Origin: an uncultured Hyphomicrobiales bacterium
Lineage (GTDB): Bacteria; Bacteroidota; Ignavibacteria; Kapaibacteriales; UBA2268
Assembly (NCBI GenBank): GCA_964645005.1
Contig: CAZXYS010000014.1
Location: 4,644 to 68,643 of the forward strand
Direction of reading: 5' to 3'
Length of the DNA: 64,000 bases
The notes below the pieces were generated by a model that saw only the letters and a program-made list of their open reading frames with translations, searched no databases and was not told the DNA's origin. Both the position numbers and the translations under genes were made by a program. This document shows, piece after piece, positions 40,701 to 51,900 of this stretch. Position 1 is the stretch's first letter; every line of letters starts with the position of its first letter.

Positions 40701-42779
40701 TTACCTTTTTAATATAACCGGTTTATCAGAAAGTTTTTTCCTCTGCACAAGCGCCGCTTTGAATTTATCCCAATCTTCCGGCTTATATATTCTTTTTTCC
40801 ATTCTGTGTTCGACGGAAAATTTAAGATTATTTCCTTCAATCTTATATTCAGACTCAAAGCTCGCCGGATCGCCTTTTTCATAAGAACCTTCGATAACTT
40901 CGAATTCAGGAACTTTATCAGCATTTTGGTAATCCGGCAATTTCATTGTCTCATTTATCTTCACCAGTTTTGAGCATCTGATGCGAAAGCCGTATTCTCT
41001 TTCTTGCAAGTTAGTGTCAATCTCTAATTCATATCCGAAAAAATAATCGTCAAACGGATTCTCGGCAGTGATCGGTTTGAACATTAGCTTATCTTCTGTC
41101 ACAAAAGCGTAGTCGGGTATTCTAAAGCTTAGTTCAATATTGAACGGCTCGCTGATGTCGGACGGATCGGTATGCGTCAAACTTGTGATTTCAGCCTTAG
41201 GTGATATATCTGCGAATAACTGCGGGAAATATTCATCGCGCGAACTCTTGAAGCTGCGCAGGAATGCCCTTCTTATCAGGGCGCCGGTCTGACCTTCGGC
41301 TTCGATGGTTATTTTTCCTTTGAGCGTGCCATCCTTTTTGAGTTCAGTATCAGCACTGATATTGAGATAATGATTTTCCGCAGGTGATACCGGTGTCGTC
41401 ATCAAATCGGCGCCGCCGGGAATACCCATAAGCAATTGCTGCTGCTGTTCGGCGCTGGACCATAGTTCTCTAACGCCGGGCACCCAGGTCGGATCGAGCA
41501 ATATCCAGTCACCATCAGATAGTTTAGCTAAAGTCACACTGTGATTGAACTGATCGGCGGGAATTCTGTCTATCCGCGAGCCAGCCATAGTCATCGCCGG
41601 ATAGGACTCGAAACCGGCTGCGCGAAGCATTGTCACCAGCATACCGGCTTTGTCCTTGCATACACCGCAGCGGTCAGTGAAAGTCATTTTACCTGTGTGC
41701 AGGGTATATCCTTCGCCTTCGCCCATCGACAAGCCGGAATAGCGAATATTTTCCGCCACCCAGTGAGTCAATATCTTGATTTTTTCCATTTCGTCATCAA
41801 CGCCTTTCAGCAGTTCATCAGTCTTTTCCTGAACATCCTGTGTAACTTCGAAACTGCCGAAATCCTCGTTCACATTATGAAACCAGACCGCTTTGGCGTA
41901 CCAGTCCGGGGATGTGGACATGAGCAGCTTCGGCGCTACGTTTGATGCATTTACCATATTCGGCTCGCTGCTGAAAGGCTGCATATCCTTCTTGTACCAG
42001 CAATATTCGGTCTTGCCCGAGCGGTTAATTTCTTCTTTATGAGCGATTTTCGCAGTGCCGTAAGTTTTCTTATGCGGATTTACCTGAAGTGTAATATCTT
42101 TGTCTTTTTCTTGGTGGAAACGTATGTACGAAGTCAATTCCCCATTATAAACTTCGTATTGCAGCGGTTTATCCTTCGGCATGAAAATCCTGTAAACTTT
42201 TTCTTCAACAGGTGCCGATGAACGAAAATGAACTATATCGTAATAATGCCCCTTCATCGGCGGAACGAAGCGCTGTTCTTCGCCTTCGCTGTCGCCGAGA
42301 AGCGCGTAAGTGAAACCTTTGCGGTGGATGACAGTCTCGATGGCATCGCCCGGCTCGAGCCGCCCGAATTCCAACGTTTTATTTCTCATGCCCCAGTAAA
42401 TCATGCGCGCAGGGGCTGTATAATCGAGAATGCTCGAGGTATCTGTTTTTTCTACAGAACCATCCTTTCTGTAGATCTTTGCCGAGATTATATCTATCGC
42501 GGCGGATTGCGGATCGTAGTTATAGTGGCGATGCCTGTATTGTTTGGCGCCTTTCCACGTGAGAATTTTCGTCAATTTATGCATTTCCACGCGGCTAAGC
42601 CCGGATTCCTTGACATCCACTTCTGTGCTGTCGTACAGCACGACTACATCTGCATTGGGATATTCTTTCGTTTTTTCGATCAGTTCTCTATTTGGGTCTT
42701 TATTCTGCGAAAAACTTGTATAACAAAACAACAATATTAATATTATTGCCAGAGGAAAGTTCAATTTTAATGCGCTCAT
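40701..42779 (-). CDS. secreted transglutaminase-like cysteine protease superfamily protein (DUF3857-like N-terminus + TGase core)
   Basis: Signal peptide present. The core motif is DRCGVCKDKAGMLVTMLRAAGFESYPAM (the G-x-C...A...LR..G..A pattern of the transglutaminase-like core). Confidence 0.7.
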   Translation of the reverse strand: MSALKLNFPLAIILILLFCYTSFSQNKDPNRELIEKTKEYPNADVVVLYDSTEVDVKESGLSRVEMHKLTKILTWKGAKQYRHRHYNYDPQSAAIDIISAKIYRKDGSVEKTDTSSILDYTAPARMIYWGMRNKTLEFGRLEPGDAIETVIHRKGFTYALLGDSEGEEQRFVPPMKGHYYDIVHFRSSAPVEEKVYRIFMPKDKPLQYEVYNGELTSYIRFHQEKDKDITLQVNPHKKTYGTAKIAHKEEINRSGKTEYCWYKKDMQPFSSEPNMVNASNVAPKLLMSTSPDWYAKAVWFHNVNEDFGSFEVTQDVQEKTDELLKGVDDEMEKIKILTHWVAENIRYSGLSMGEGEGYTLHTGKMTFTDRCGVCKDKAGMLVTMLRAAGFESYPAMTMAGSRIDRIPADQFNHSVTLAKLSDGDWILLDPTWVPGVRELWSSAEQQQQLLMGIPGGADLMTTPVSPAENHYLNISADTELKKDGTLKGKITIEAEGQTGALIRRAFLRSFKSSRDEYFPQLFADISPKAEITSLTHTDPSDISEPFNIELSFRIPDYAFVTEDKLMFKPITAENPFDDYFFGYELEIDTNLQEREYGFRIRCSKLVKINETMKLPDYQNADKVPEFEVIEGSYEKGDPASFESEYKIEGNNLKFSVEHRMEKRIYKPEDWDKFKAALVQRKKLSDKPVILKR

Positions 42780-43151
42780 AAATATCGTTCCGGTATTCTT
42801 AGTAAAGCTATTTTAATTATAATTTTTACAATTTAATTAAAAATAATTTAATTTAAAAAAACAGACATATAAAAAACACTTATTTATCATCATTGATTTC
42901 AAATTTATTGATTTATGACTTATTAAAAAAACTAGTATTTTAAATTTTTAATTTGAAAAAAAACAAATTTTGTTCGTAGTTTATTATTATGAAAAATAAT
43001 TAATCTATCTTTAAAAATTTAGATTTACAAAAAAAAGACTTGATATTTTAGCAAAATTATTTTATATTTTCAACTAATTTCCTTTTCGGCATTACCTCAA
43101 AAATTTGAACTTAAAAACAAATTTTTATTAACAACTTTTCGGGAAAATATT

Positions 43152-46100
43152 ATGTTAACAAATGATACCTCTCACAGCAGTAGATTGCATACTACACTGT
43201 TGACAATTGTATTAATGTTCTTTGCTTTCAGCCAAAATGCATTGTCGCAGGACGCAGCCTACACCGGAAATCCGCGCCCTTTTCATCAGGGATATGTTAA
43301 CCACCCGGTAACAGTTGAAGCCGGAATTGCAAATTTAGAAAACATACCCGTCCGGAATATTAGAATACACTTTCGAATTATTTACATTGATGGGGATCAG
43401 GTTGTTTTCGAACATCGGGATACGCTGGAATCCCTTGATGGTAATTCTTCCGTTAGAATTAAAGCGCCGGAAAGATGGGCGCCGCAAAATGAAGGGCAAT
43501 ATCTTGCTCAATTCTATTTTGAGGCGGATAATGATCAGGAACCGGCTAATAACGCTGTAAACAATGAATTGAGAATCACAGAATGGCCCATGCCATTTGA
43601 TTTGACAATAGAGCAAATAAATTTCACCAGACCATTCGAACAGTTTAACTCAAATATCGGCTTTTTCACATTTACTTATGAGCCGTCTGATAATGTTCAA
43701 TTCGTAAATATCATGGCTGCTCTTCCAAACAGCTCAGAGCCGCCTGTTTGGATTGTTAAGAATTTCCCGATAAGTCCATTCCAATCAAAGCAGACAGTCT
43801 CTGTCTGGGCGGATTTTAAGCCACTGCAAATTGAAAATGGCACCGACATCCATGATTTGATGATTGATTACCAGGTAACCGACGAGATCATCACCGAAGG
43901 ATTCACGATGGATAACGACTATCCTTTGGAAGTCGAGGATGTAGAATACAATGTGGACAGCGATATAACAGAAGTAATCCCGTCCGAAATTCCCACTGAC
44001 ATTCCCGAAATAATGTGGGATCCCGGGGAAATTTACTGGGATTATCGCGGATGCGAAGTTCCTAACATCGATCTGGATTCTTCCGAACATAATCCAGACG
44101 ATGAGCCGGGCTATGAAGGCGACTGGAACGCATGCGGTCCTGCAAGTACCGCAAACAGTATGCAATGGCTCGAGGATAACAACGATAATATTCCCAGCTC
44201 CGGCACAACACACCGCGAAAAAATGAAAGAAATGAGCGGAATGATGGAGCGCGGCAATGAAGACGGCGTCACCACTAACCAGATGCTAAAAGGAAAGCTC
44301 GGCTATATTGACAAGCATAAGCTGCCTATAAAAGTCAAATTCCAGAGTTATTTCGAAAGGGCTGATTCAGTGGAATCACCAAATGATAAATACGGGCATT
44401 CGGCTGAAAACCAGAGTGAATCAACCGGCGCCCCGCCAACTTTCGAATGGATTAAAGAAGAGATGGCAAACGGCGAAGATGTTGAGATAATGTTCGGCTG
44501 GTACGACCGCTCTGGCAACAGACACGGCGGACACTGGGTTGTTCTGACTGGCGTCAGTCAGGTTGGCAATAATACTAAAGGTCTGTACTTCAAAGATGAC
44601 CTGCATCAAGACAGAGAAGGCGGCACGCGCCAGCAATATGTCAACTGGGTCGAAGGCGATGACGGATGGTCGCGCCTTGTCGGTTTGGAAGGACCCAACA
44701 ACTACTGCTGGGTGGAAAGCGCCATTTCCGAAAGCTATGATCCGACAGTAACTCACGATATACAGGATATTCAAATCAATCAGTTGAATTACGACTCATT
44801 CTTCGATGTGTTCACATCTCTCAAATCCCACTTCAAATTCGATTTTGTTCCTGAAGATTATCCGCGATATCTGAATGTATTTGCAAATGATGTTGACGGC
44901 GATAGAGAATGGATACTGCGGAATATTCTGCTGCCGCCATTCGAAGTGAGAAGTGAACTCGCCGTTTGGTGGGATATGAGCGTTCTCGGATACGAAGAAG
45001 GCGACGAGATAGATGAACTTGAAATAGGATTCAAAGTAGATACTGATTATATCAACGAGGAAACTTCTCAAACTTACACTGTCGGCAATTGGCAGCCTAT
45101 ACCCGTCAATGATGTTGAATACAATAAAAAATTGAACACAGTTGAGCAAGACGACGAAAAGCTTGATATAGACATCGAAGTGACATACCTTAGAGATTTC
45201 GAACTCGGCGAAGATATAAAATGGCATTACCGCGGGTGCGAGGTTCCGAACATCGATCTTGACTCTGCCCGAAACAATCCGAATACCGATACAAGCTATG
45301 CCGGTGATGCAAACGCCTGCGGGCCTGCCGGCGCAGCCAACAGCCTTCACTGGCTCGAGACCACGCATCCCAAGCTCAGTGAGAACACCACTCACAGAGA
45401 AAAGCTGAAAGAACTAAGCGATATGATGGATCGCGAGGATAATGGGGGCGTATTCAGAAGAAATTTCATAGAAGCAAAGCTTGAATATATCGATAAATAC
45501 AAGCTTCCAATAAAAGTCAAATTCCGGAGCTGGAAGTTCGGCACCGATTCAATACCTTCACCTGATGATAAATACGGTCATTCGGCAGACAATCAGAATG
45601 ATTCGGCAAATTCATTCCCAAGTTTTGACTGGATGATGAACGAAATGAGAAACGGTGAAGACGTTGAGCTTGAGCTGGGCTATTATGATTCCACAGGCAG
45701 CCGCGGCGGCGGACACTGGGTCACGATCACCGGCGCCAGCGATGTCGGCACTGCACAGGGGTTTTATTTCAAAGATGATATAGATCAATCGGACAGCGGC
45801 GGAACTGAACAGGAATACTGCAACTGGGAAACTTATGAAGGTATGCCATACCTGCCACAACTCTCAACTAAAGACGAAGTTGCGGTTGTCGAGACTGTCG
45901 TTTCCGAAAGCTATGACGCAACTGTATCTCATGATATTAAGGATGTTAAGATTGAGAAGATCAATTACGACATCGGACCCTCGATGTTCGAAGATCAACC
46001 GGGCAAAGGATTGATCACGTTTAAATTCATTCCCGAAGAGGACGATCTTCGCTATGTAAATATGAAGGCGAAAACCAAAAATGACGAAGAATTCTGGGTT

Positions 46101-48638
46101 TGCAGGAATGTATTGCTGCCGCCATTCCAGGATACGAGTGATCTGTCAGTCTGGTTTGATTACGGCTGGCTGGAATATGATCGCGGCGAAATTGATGAAC
46201 TCAGTTTCCTCGACCTGGCTTACAAGATCACTGAAATACCTCTGGCAGAGAGTGAACTTAACTTCAAGGATTATAGAGAAATAGAAGTTTTCGAACTCAA
46301 TTACAATAAGAAATTGAACACTCTTGACGAAGATATAACAAAGTTAGATTTAGCTGAACCCGAACTTAAACCTATAACACCGTTTAAAGAAGTTACCTGG
46401 CATTACAGAGGCTGCGAGGTTCCGAACATCGATCTTGACTCGTCGAAGAATAATCCTTCTACTGTTACGGGTTACGCAGGCGACAGAAATGCCTGCGGAC
46501 CGGCGGCGGCGGCAAACAGCCTGCAATGGCTTGATGATGAGGACGACAACATCGATGATGACAACTCGCACCGTGACAAGCTCAAAGAACTGAGCAAAAT
46601 GATGAAACGCGAGGATAACGGCGGTGTTTACAGGAAGGACTTCATTGAAGCCAAGCTTGAATATATCGACAAGCATAAACTGCCGATCAAGGTCAAATTC
46701 CAGGGATGGAAATTCGGCGCTGACGACGTCGACTCGCCAAATTCCAAATACGGACATAAGGCTCATAATGAGAATGATTCGGCAAAAATGCCTCCCAAAT
46801 GGGATTGGATCATTAGTGAAATGAAGAATGACGAAGACGTCGAACTCGAATTCGGCTACTACGATTCAACCGGTACCCGCCGCGGCGGTCACTGGGTAAC
46901 CGTTACCGGCGTCAGCGATAATGGCAATTACAGAGGAATATATATCAAGGATGACGGCGATCAATTGGATTCCGGCGGAACCCGCCAGCAGTACGTAAAT
47001 CTGGATACTGCTCACGGATATACTTATCTCAAGCAGATTTCATCGAGCAAATATACGTGCTATGTAGAAACGGTGGTCTCCGAAAGCTATGATTCCACTA
47101 TGACATTCGAGGAACCGGAAGACCCCGTCAATATAGAAATTGTGGAATTGAATCTCAGAGGTCGAGGTGACTTTCATATAGATTCTTTCTTCGATATCTA
47201 CACAGAGATCACATTGCCGGATTCCAACGGCAAAGATAAAGATAAATTCCTGAATATGTTTGCAAGATCGCCGGGAAGTGACAGCTTCACGAGGCTCTTC
47301 CCGCTGAAGTTCCCGGCATCTAAGAAGGATACAAACGATCCTGTGCTTGAAGAACGCTTTACTTTCAAACCTATTCGCGTTGAAGGATCAACTAAGAAAA
47401 ACAAAGACGAAATACTCTCATCTCATCAGTTAGAAATTGCTTATGTCCTGGCGGACAGCCTGCTGTCCGACGATTACGAGCCTGCTGACTGGGAAACCTA
47501 CACGGCTGCCGGCAGCAATACCATAACACTGCCGAATGATGCGCTCAGCGATGAATCATACAATCTCAACCGCGTTCAGCCAAGACGGATAAGACTCGAC
47601 GCTTCGGCCTCTCAATTCTCTATGAGGCATGATAAGCCGTCTCTTGATCCGGATAATACTCAGTATAATCCGAGCACGGTTGACGGCTACGCAGGCGATA
47701 TGAACGCCGGCGGTCCCGCCGCAGCCGCTAACGGCATGGGTTGGCTCGAAATGACCCATGACGCGGTAGACACCGAGCACAGCGACAGGATCAAAATGTA
47801 CAGATATAGCAATTATGCTGGCAGAGAAGATGAACTGGGCGTTTACACCAACGACATGATCAAATCGCTGCTCAGCTTCATAGATAATAACAAAGTACCG
47901 GTAGGAGTGGAATTCCGGAGCTTCAAGCTCGGTACGGATAATATAGCCTCACCTGTCGAGCTTTACGGGCATGAAGCGAAGAACATGAATGATGCACCGG
48001 ACGACGGTCCTGATTGGAACTGGGTCAAAGAGAAGCTCGACAACGGTTACGACTTAATGCTCGAATACGGCATCTACGACTCTACCGGTCAGAGAATCGC
48101 CGGTCATTGGGTAAATGTCACAGGCTACGCAGATTACGAGACGGCTCAGGCTATCTACTTCAACTATGATCTCGACCAGCAGAATGAAAGCGATGACAGA
48201 GATTTCGTATCCGAATGGCGCACCGATCAGGACCACGCTTACCTGATGCAGTTCACTTCGGATAATCTTGTTTGCTGGGTCGAGAGTGTTATAGCTAGCA
48301 AGTATGATGAGACTGTTGAATTTGAACCGGGAGATGTTCAGGAACTGCTTAACAGCAAAGATAAACTAAATCTTTCGGTTTACAGGAATCCGAGCGCTGT
48401 CACGGAAGAGATAAACATAAACTTCATTCTTCCTGAGGCAGAGTTTGTCTCGATCGATTTGTACGACCTGAACGGCAGACTGATACACCACATCTACGAC
48501 GGCTACAAGAATTCCGGCGAAGCCACCATTAAATGGGACGGCAGAAATTCGAAGGGCGCCAGAGTATCCAACGGCGCCTATCTGATAATAGTGACAGCCA
48601 ACGATTATCAGTCAGCAGTGAAGATCATACGCGAATAA
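43152..48638 (+). CDS. 1828-aa T9SS-cargo protein with four tandem ~395-aa modules, each carrying a papain-fold-like Cys…His domain (fourth module Cys→Gly); novel architecture
   Basis: Signal peptide present. The motif YRGCEVPNIDLDS..NP....GYAGD.NACGPAAAANSLQWLE ... GGHWVTVTG.SD recurs four times at ~1185-bp spacing (Cys sites at ~44128, 45318, 46494, 47709). The C-terminus LSVYRNPSAVTEEININFILPEAEFVSIDLYDLNGRLI...GAYLIIVTANDYQSAVKIIRE is T9SS-tail-like. Confidence 0.8.
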   Translation: MLTNDTSHSSRLHTTLLTIVLMFFAFSQNALSQDAAYTGNPRPFHQGYVNHPVTVEAGIANLENIPVRNIRIHFRIIYIDGDQVVFEHRDTLESLDGNSSVRIKAPERWAPQNEGQYLAQFYFEADNDQEPANNAVNNELRITEWPMPFDLTIEQINFTRPFEQFNSNIGFFTFTYEPSDNVQFVNIMAALPNSSEPPVWIVKNFPISPFQSKQTVSVWADFKPLQIENGTDIHDLMIDYQVTDEIITEGFTMDNDYPLEVEDVEYNVDSDITEVIPSEIPTDIPEIMWDPGEIYWDYRGCEVPNIDLDSSEHNPDDEPGYEGDWNACGPASTANSMQWLEDNNDNIPSSGTTHREKMKEMSGMMERGNEDGVTTNQMLKGKLGYIDKHKLPIKVKFQSYFERADSVESPNDKYGHSAENQSESTGAPPTFEWIKEEMANGEDVEIMFGWYDRSGNRHGGHWVVLTGVSQVGNNTKGLYFKDDLHQDREGGTRQQYVNWVEGDDGWSRLVGLEGPNNYCWVESAISESYDPTVTHDIQDIQINQLNYDSFFDVFTSLKSHFKFDFVPEDYPRYLNVFANDVDGDREWILRNILLPPFEVRSELAVWWDMSVLGYEEGDEIDELEIGFKVDTDYINEETSQTYTVGNWQPIPVNDVEYNKKLNTVEQDDEKLDIDIEVTYLRDFELGEDIKWHYRGCEVPNIDLDSARNNPNTDTSYAGDANACGPAGAANSLHWLETTHPKLSENTTHREKLKELSDMMDREDNGGVFRRNFIEAKLEYIDKYKLPIKVKFRSWKFGTDSIPSPDDKYGHSADNQNDSANSFPSFDWMMNEMRNGEDVELELGYYDSTGSRGGGHWVTITGASDVGTAQGFYFKDDIDQSDSGGTEQEYCNWETYEGMPYLPQLSTKDEVAVVETVVSESYDATVSHDIKDVKIEKINYDIGPSMFEDQPGKGLITFKFIPEEDDLRYVNMKAKTKNDEEFWVCRNVLLPPFQDTSDLSVWFDYGWLEYDRGEIDELSFLDLAYKITEIPLAESELNFKDYREIEVFELNYNKKLNTLDEDITKLDLAEPELKPITPFKEVTWHYRGCEVPNIDLDSSKNNPSTVTGYAGDRNACGPAAAANSLQWLDDEDDNIDDDNSHRDKLKELSKMMKREDNGGVYRKDFIEAKLEYIDKHKLPIKVKFQGWKFGADDVDSPNSKYGHKAHNENDSAKMPPKWDWIISEMKNDEDVELEFGYYDSTGTRRGGHWVTVTGVSDNGNYRGIYIKDDGDQLDSGGTRQQYVNLDTAHGYTYLKQISSSKYTCYVETVVSESYDSTMTFEEPEDPVNIEIVELNLRGRGDFHIDSFFDIYTEITLPDSNGKDKDKFLNMFARSPGSDSFTRLFPLKFPASKKDTNDPVLEERFTFKPIRVEGSTKKNKDEILSSHQLEIAYVLADSLLSDDYEPADWETYTAAGSNTITLPNDALSDESYNLNRVQPRRIRLDASASQFSMRHDKPSLDPDNTQYNPSTVDGYAGDMNAGGPAAAANGMGWLEMTHDAVDTEHSDRIKMYRYSNYAGREDELGVYTNDMIKSLLSFIDNNKVPVGVEFRSFKLGTDNIASPVELYGHEAKNMNDAPDDGPDWNWVKEKLDNGYDLMLEYGIYDSTGQRIAGHWVNVTGYADYETAQAIYFNYDLDQQNESDDRDFVSEWRTDQDHAYLMQFTSDNLVCWVESVIASKYDETVEFEPGDVQELLNSKDKLNLSVYRNPSAVTEEININFILPEAEFVSIDLYDLNGRLIHHIYDGYKNSGEATIKWDGRNSKGARVSNGAYLIIVTANDYQSAVKIIRE

Positions 48639-48651
48639 TTGCTGAAGATGT

Positions 48652-48683
48652 AAAAAAAAGGCGCCTTTCGGGCGCCTTTTTTG
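48652..48683 (+). terminator. strong bidirectional rho-independent terminator
   Basis: aaaaaaaaggcgcc-tttc-gggcgcctttttt is a GC stem flanked by an A-run and a T-run. Confidence 0.85.
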
Positions 48684-48721
48684 ATATCGAAATCTATTTC
48701 ATTTTACCATTAATCCTGATA

Positions 48722-48768
48722 CTATTTAAAAAAGCTCTTGTAGTAAATTATTTAACTACAAGAGCTTA
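48722..48768 (-). terminator. terminator downstream of tRNA-fMet
   Basis: On the minus strand, aagctcttgtagt-N11-actacaagagctt is followed by ttttttaaat. Confidence 0.65.
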
Positions 48769-48782
48769 ATTGTATTTCTCAG

Positions 48783-48855
<73 letters not shown>

Positions 48856-48985
48856 ATCATTTGTCTTACAAAATTAACGAATATTCTCTGTTTTAAAAAA
48901 ACTTTTTGTTAAAACTGTGAATTTTTCGTTAATTTATAATTTCGATTTCAACGACGTAAAGAGGTCTATCATTATTTGAAATTTT

Positions 48986-51900
48986 ATGGAAACTCATGAA
49001 CAAAAATTAGCACGCGGACTCGACAGACATCTCGTCGTTACTGCCAATGCCGGTTCCGGTAAAACACGGGCGCTCGTCAGCCGATACGTCGATCTCGTGC
49101 TGCAGGGTGTCGATCCCAAGGAAATTGTCGCAATCACTTTCACCCGGAAAGCAGCCGCAGAAATGCAGACCCGCGTCGCCGAAGAACTAGAAAAAATCGC
49201 CTCTGCCGGCGATAGCAAGACTATCGCCCGCATCAAGCGTATCCGCGAGAAGCTAACCTCATCCCGCATTTCCACCATTCACAGCTTCTGCTCAACTTTG
49301 CTGAGGGATTATCCTGTGGAAGCCGGCGTCGATCCTGGCTTCTCGGAATTGACCAATGCGGATAAGCTTAGGATCGAAACAGATGCCGTCAACAACGTCA
49401 TGGAACAGTGGCTGCAACCGGAAAATGAGAGCCGGAAAGCTAAAGCACAGGACTTATTCTCGAAGTTCGGTTTCTATTTCGTCGAGAATATATTGAAGCA
49501 GTTGCTGAACCGCACAGATATTTACGAGAATCTGAAAAAGGTCTATTCAAGCGATTTTAAAAAGATAGAAACTGTCCGCGACGGCTATATCGCCGAGATG
49601 CTCCTGCCGCCTCTGCTCGACGGATTAAGAGAATTGTTGATAATACTGAATTCCGTGGATACGAGCAAATTGAAGAAACCCGATCAGGACTTTCTTATCA
49701 ACTTGTCGGAATCAGTCAATAGCATGATTACTAAGATGAGAAGCGGAGCGTCTCTCAGCCAGGATACCATGTTCGAACTGAAAAATGAGCTTGAGGCTTT
49801 GAAGGAAAGTCCATTTATCACCAAAAAATTTACAATTAATAAAACTAAACTCAAGAATAAATTAATAGGTATTGACGCTGACGAAGCGAACGAAAGGCTC
49901 ATAGGGCTGAACGGGACTTCCGACTTCTTCAATGCTTATGGAAATGTCAACCTGGACGCCGAGCTTTTCGGCTATGCGCACACTTTCTGGGAAATGGCGC
50001 GGGACGTTATTACCTCTGTTGAGGATGAAAAGCAGGAACTGCGCGCCGTCGATTACGGCGACATGCTCATCAAAGCCCGTAATCTGCTGGATGATATTTC
50101 CATCCGCCGCAAGCTGCGGCATAAGATAAAGCATATTCTCGTCGATGAGTTCCAGGATACTAACCCATTGCAATATGAGATAGTTAAGAGCCTCGTACCA
50201 GAAATGAAGCACGTCCGGAATTACGAGCATAATGTTTTTCTTTTCATCGTCGGCGATGCCAAGCAGAGTATCTACGGCTTTCGCTATGCCGATGTGCGCG
50301 TGTTCCTCAAAGCTGCCAATGAATTATCCGAAATAAATCAGCAAAAACTTAGAAACAATGAGCTATCCCGCGAATTTACAGTTCTGTCCGAAAAAACGAC
50401 TGCCCGCACCGGTAAGGAAGCAGCCGGACAGATAGAGCTTTCCGCTACATTTCGTCTGCTGCCCGTGCCGGCTGCGTTCGTGAATGCGATTTTCGACGGA
50501 ATTCCCGAAGAAAGCAGGACAGAATTCGATGTTAATTACTCGCCGCTGGTCTGCGCCCGAAGTGCCGAATACTTGCTGAGCGCGGATGAAAAGCCGATTA
50601 TCAATGAAAACGGCAAAACAGATAATTCGGAAATCAGCTTCGGCTCTGCGAAATTACTTCTCGTTAAGGAAGATAAGAAAAATACAGCCGCCGAAACCGA
50701 AGCAGAACTTCTCGCTAAATACATCAAAAAAGTTGTCAGTGATACAGACGGAATCACTGTTCAGGATAAGGATGGAACTTACCGGCACCCAGGATTTGGC
50801 GATATAAGCATCCTTGCGCGAAAGAAAGCCGATTTGAATGACTTGGCGTCGGTCTTTCAGAAGATGGGAATCCCTTATGCGCTGCACGCCGGCAACAGTT
50901 TCTTCGAGTCGCAGGAAATTGTTGATATTTTTTCATATCTCAAATTCCTGCATAATCGAAATGACGACATCGCGCTTGCGGGCATACTCAAATCGCCGTT
51001 CTTCGGTCTAAGCGACGCTGAATTGCTGAATATCAGCGTCTATGACGGTAATTCCTTCTATGAAAAATTCCTGAATTACTGTGCTGATCTTGAGAAAGAC
51101 GGATCAAACGGCTCTGTCGGGAAAGAGATAGAGCTCTATGCGAGAAGCACTCTATCTGAATTAATAACACTTGCGCCGCGGCTGACGATTTCCCGATTGA
51201 TAGCGAAGATCATTGAGGAAAGCGGCTGGTACGGTGCCGTTGCGGCGAATCCAGCCCGCAGCCAGATGAAAGCCAATATGGACAAGTTCATCCAATATGC
51301 GCGGGACTTTGAAACGCGCGGCTTCCGCAATCTGTACGACTTCGTCGAGGAAATCAATTTTCTGATAACCAAAGGCGCCGACGAGGAAGAAGCCGTCTTC
51401 ATGCCCGGCGGCGACGCAGTCAATCTTATGACTGTCCACGCGGCTAAGGGCTTGGAATTCCCCATCGTGACTATCTATAAGTCCAATTTTTCAACGCGGA
51501 ATCAGGGTGGAACTATTGTGTCGCCGGAACTGGGCATTACTTTCAACACGCCCGATAGCACCGGTGATGCACTGATATCTAAAGAGACGCCGCTGCATTA
51601 CCTGAATAAAAAGAGAGCTGCCCTCGCCGATGAAGCCGAGGAAAAGCGCATTCTCTATGTTGCTCTTACACGCGCACAGGATCATCTCATCGTTAGCGGC
51701 ACTATAACTAATACTCTCAATGGTTTTCTACCGCTGATCCTGGAATCTCTCGGGCTGGACAGCGTCGAGGTGAAAAAATCATCAGCTGTCCTGAACCAAA
51801 GCCTGACATTAGACAAAGAGGTCGGACTGCTGACTGACAGCGGTGTTCAAAATATCGAGCTGTCTTTCCCCGTAGAAATTATCGGCAGTGTGGAAGATAC

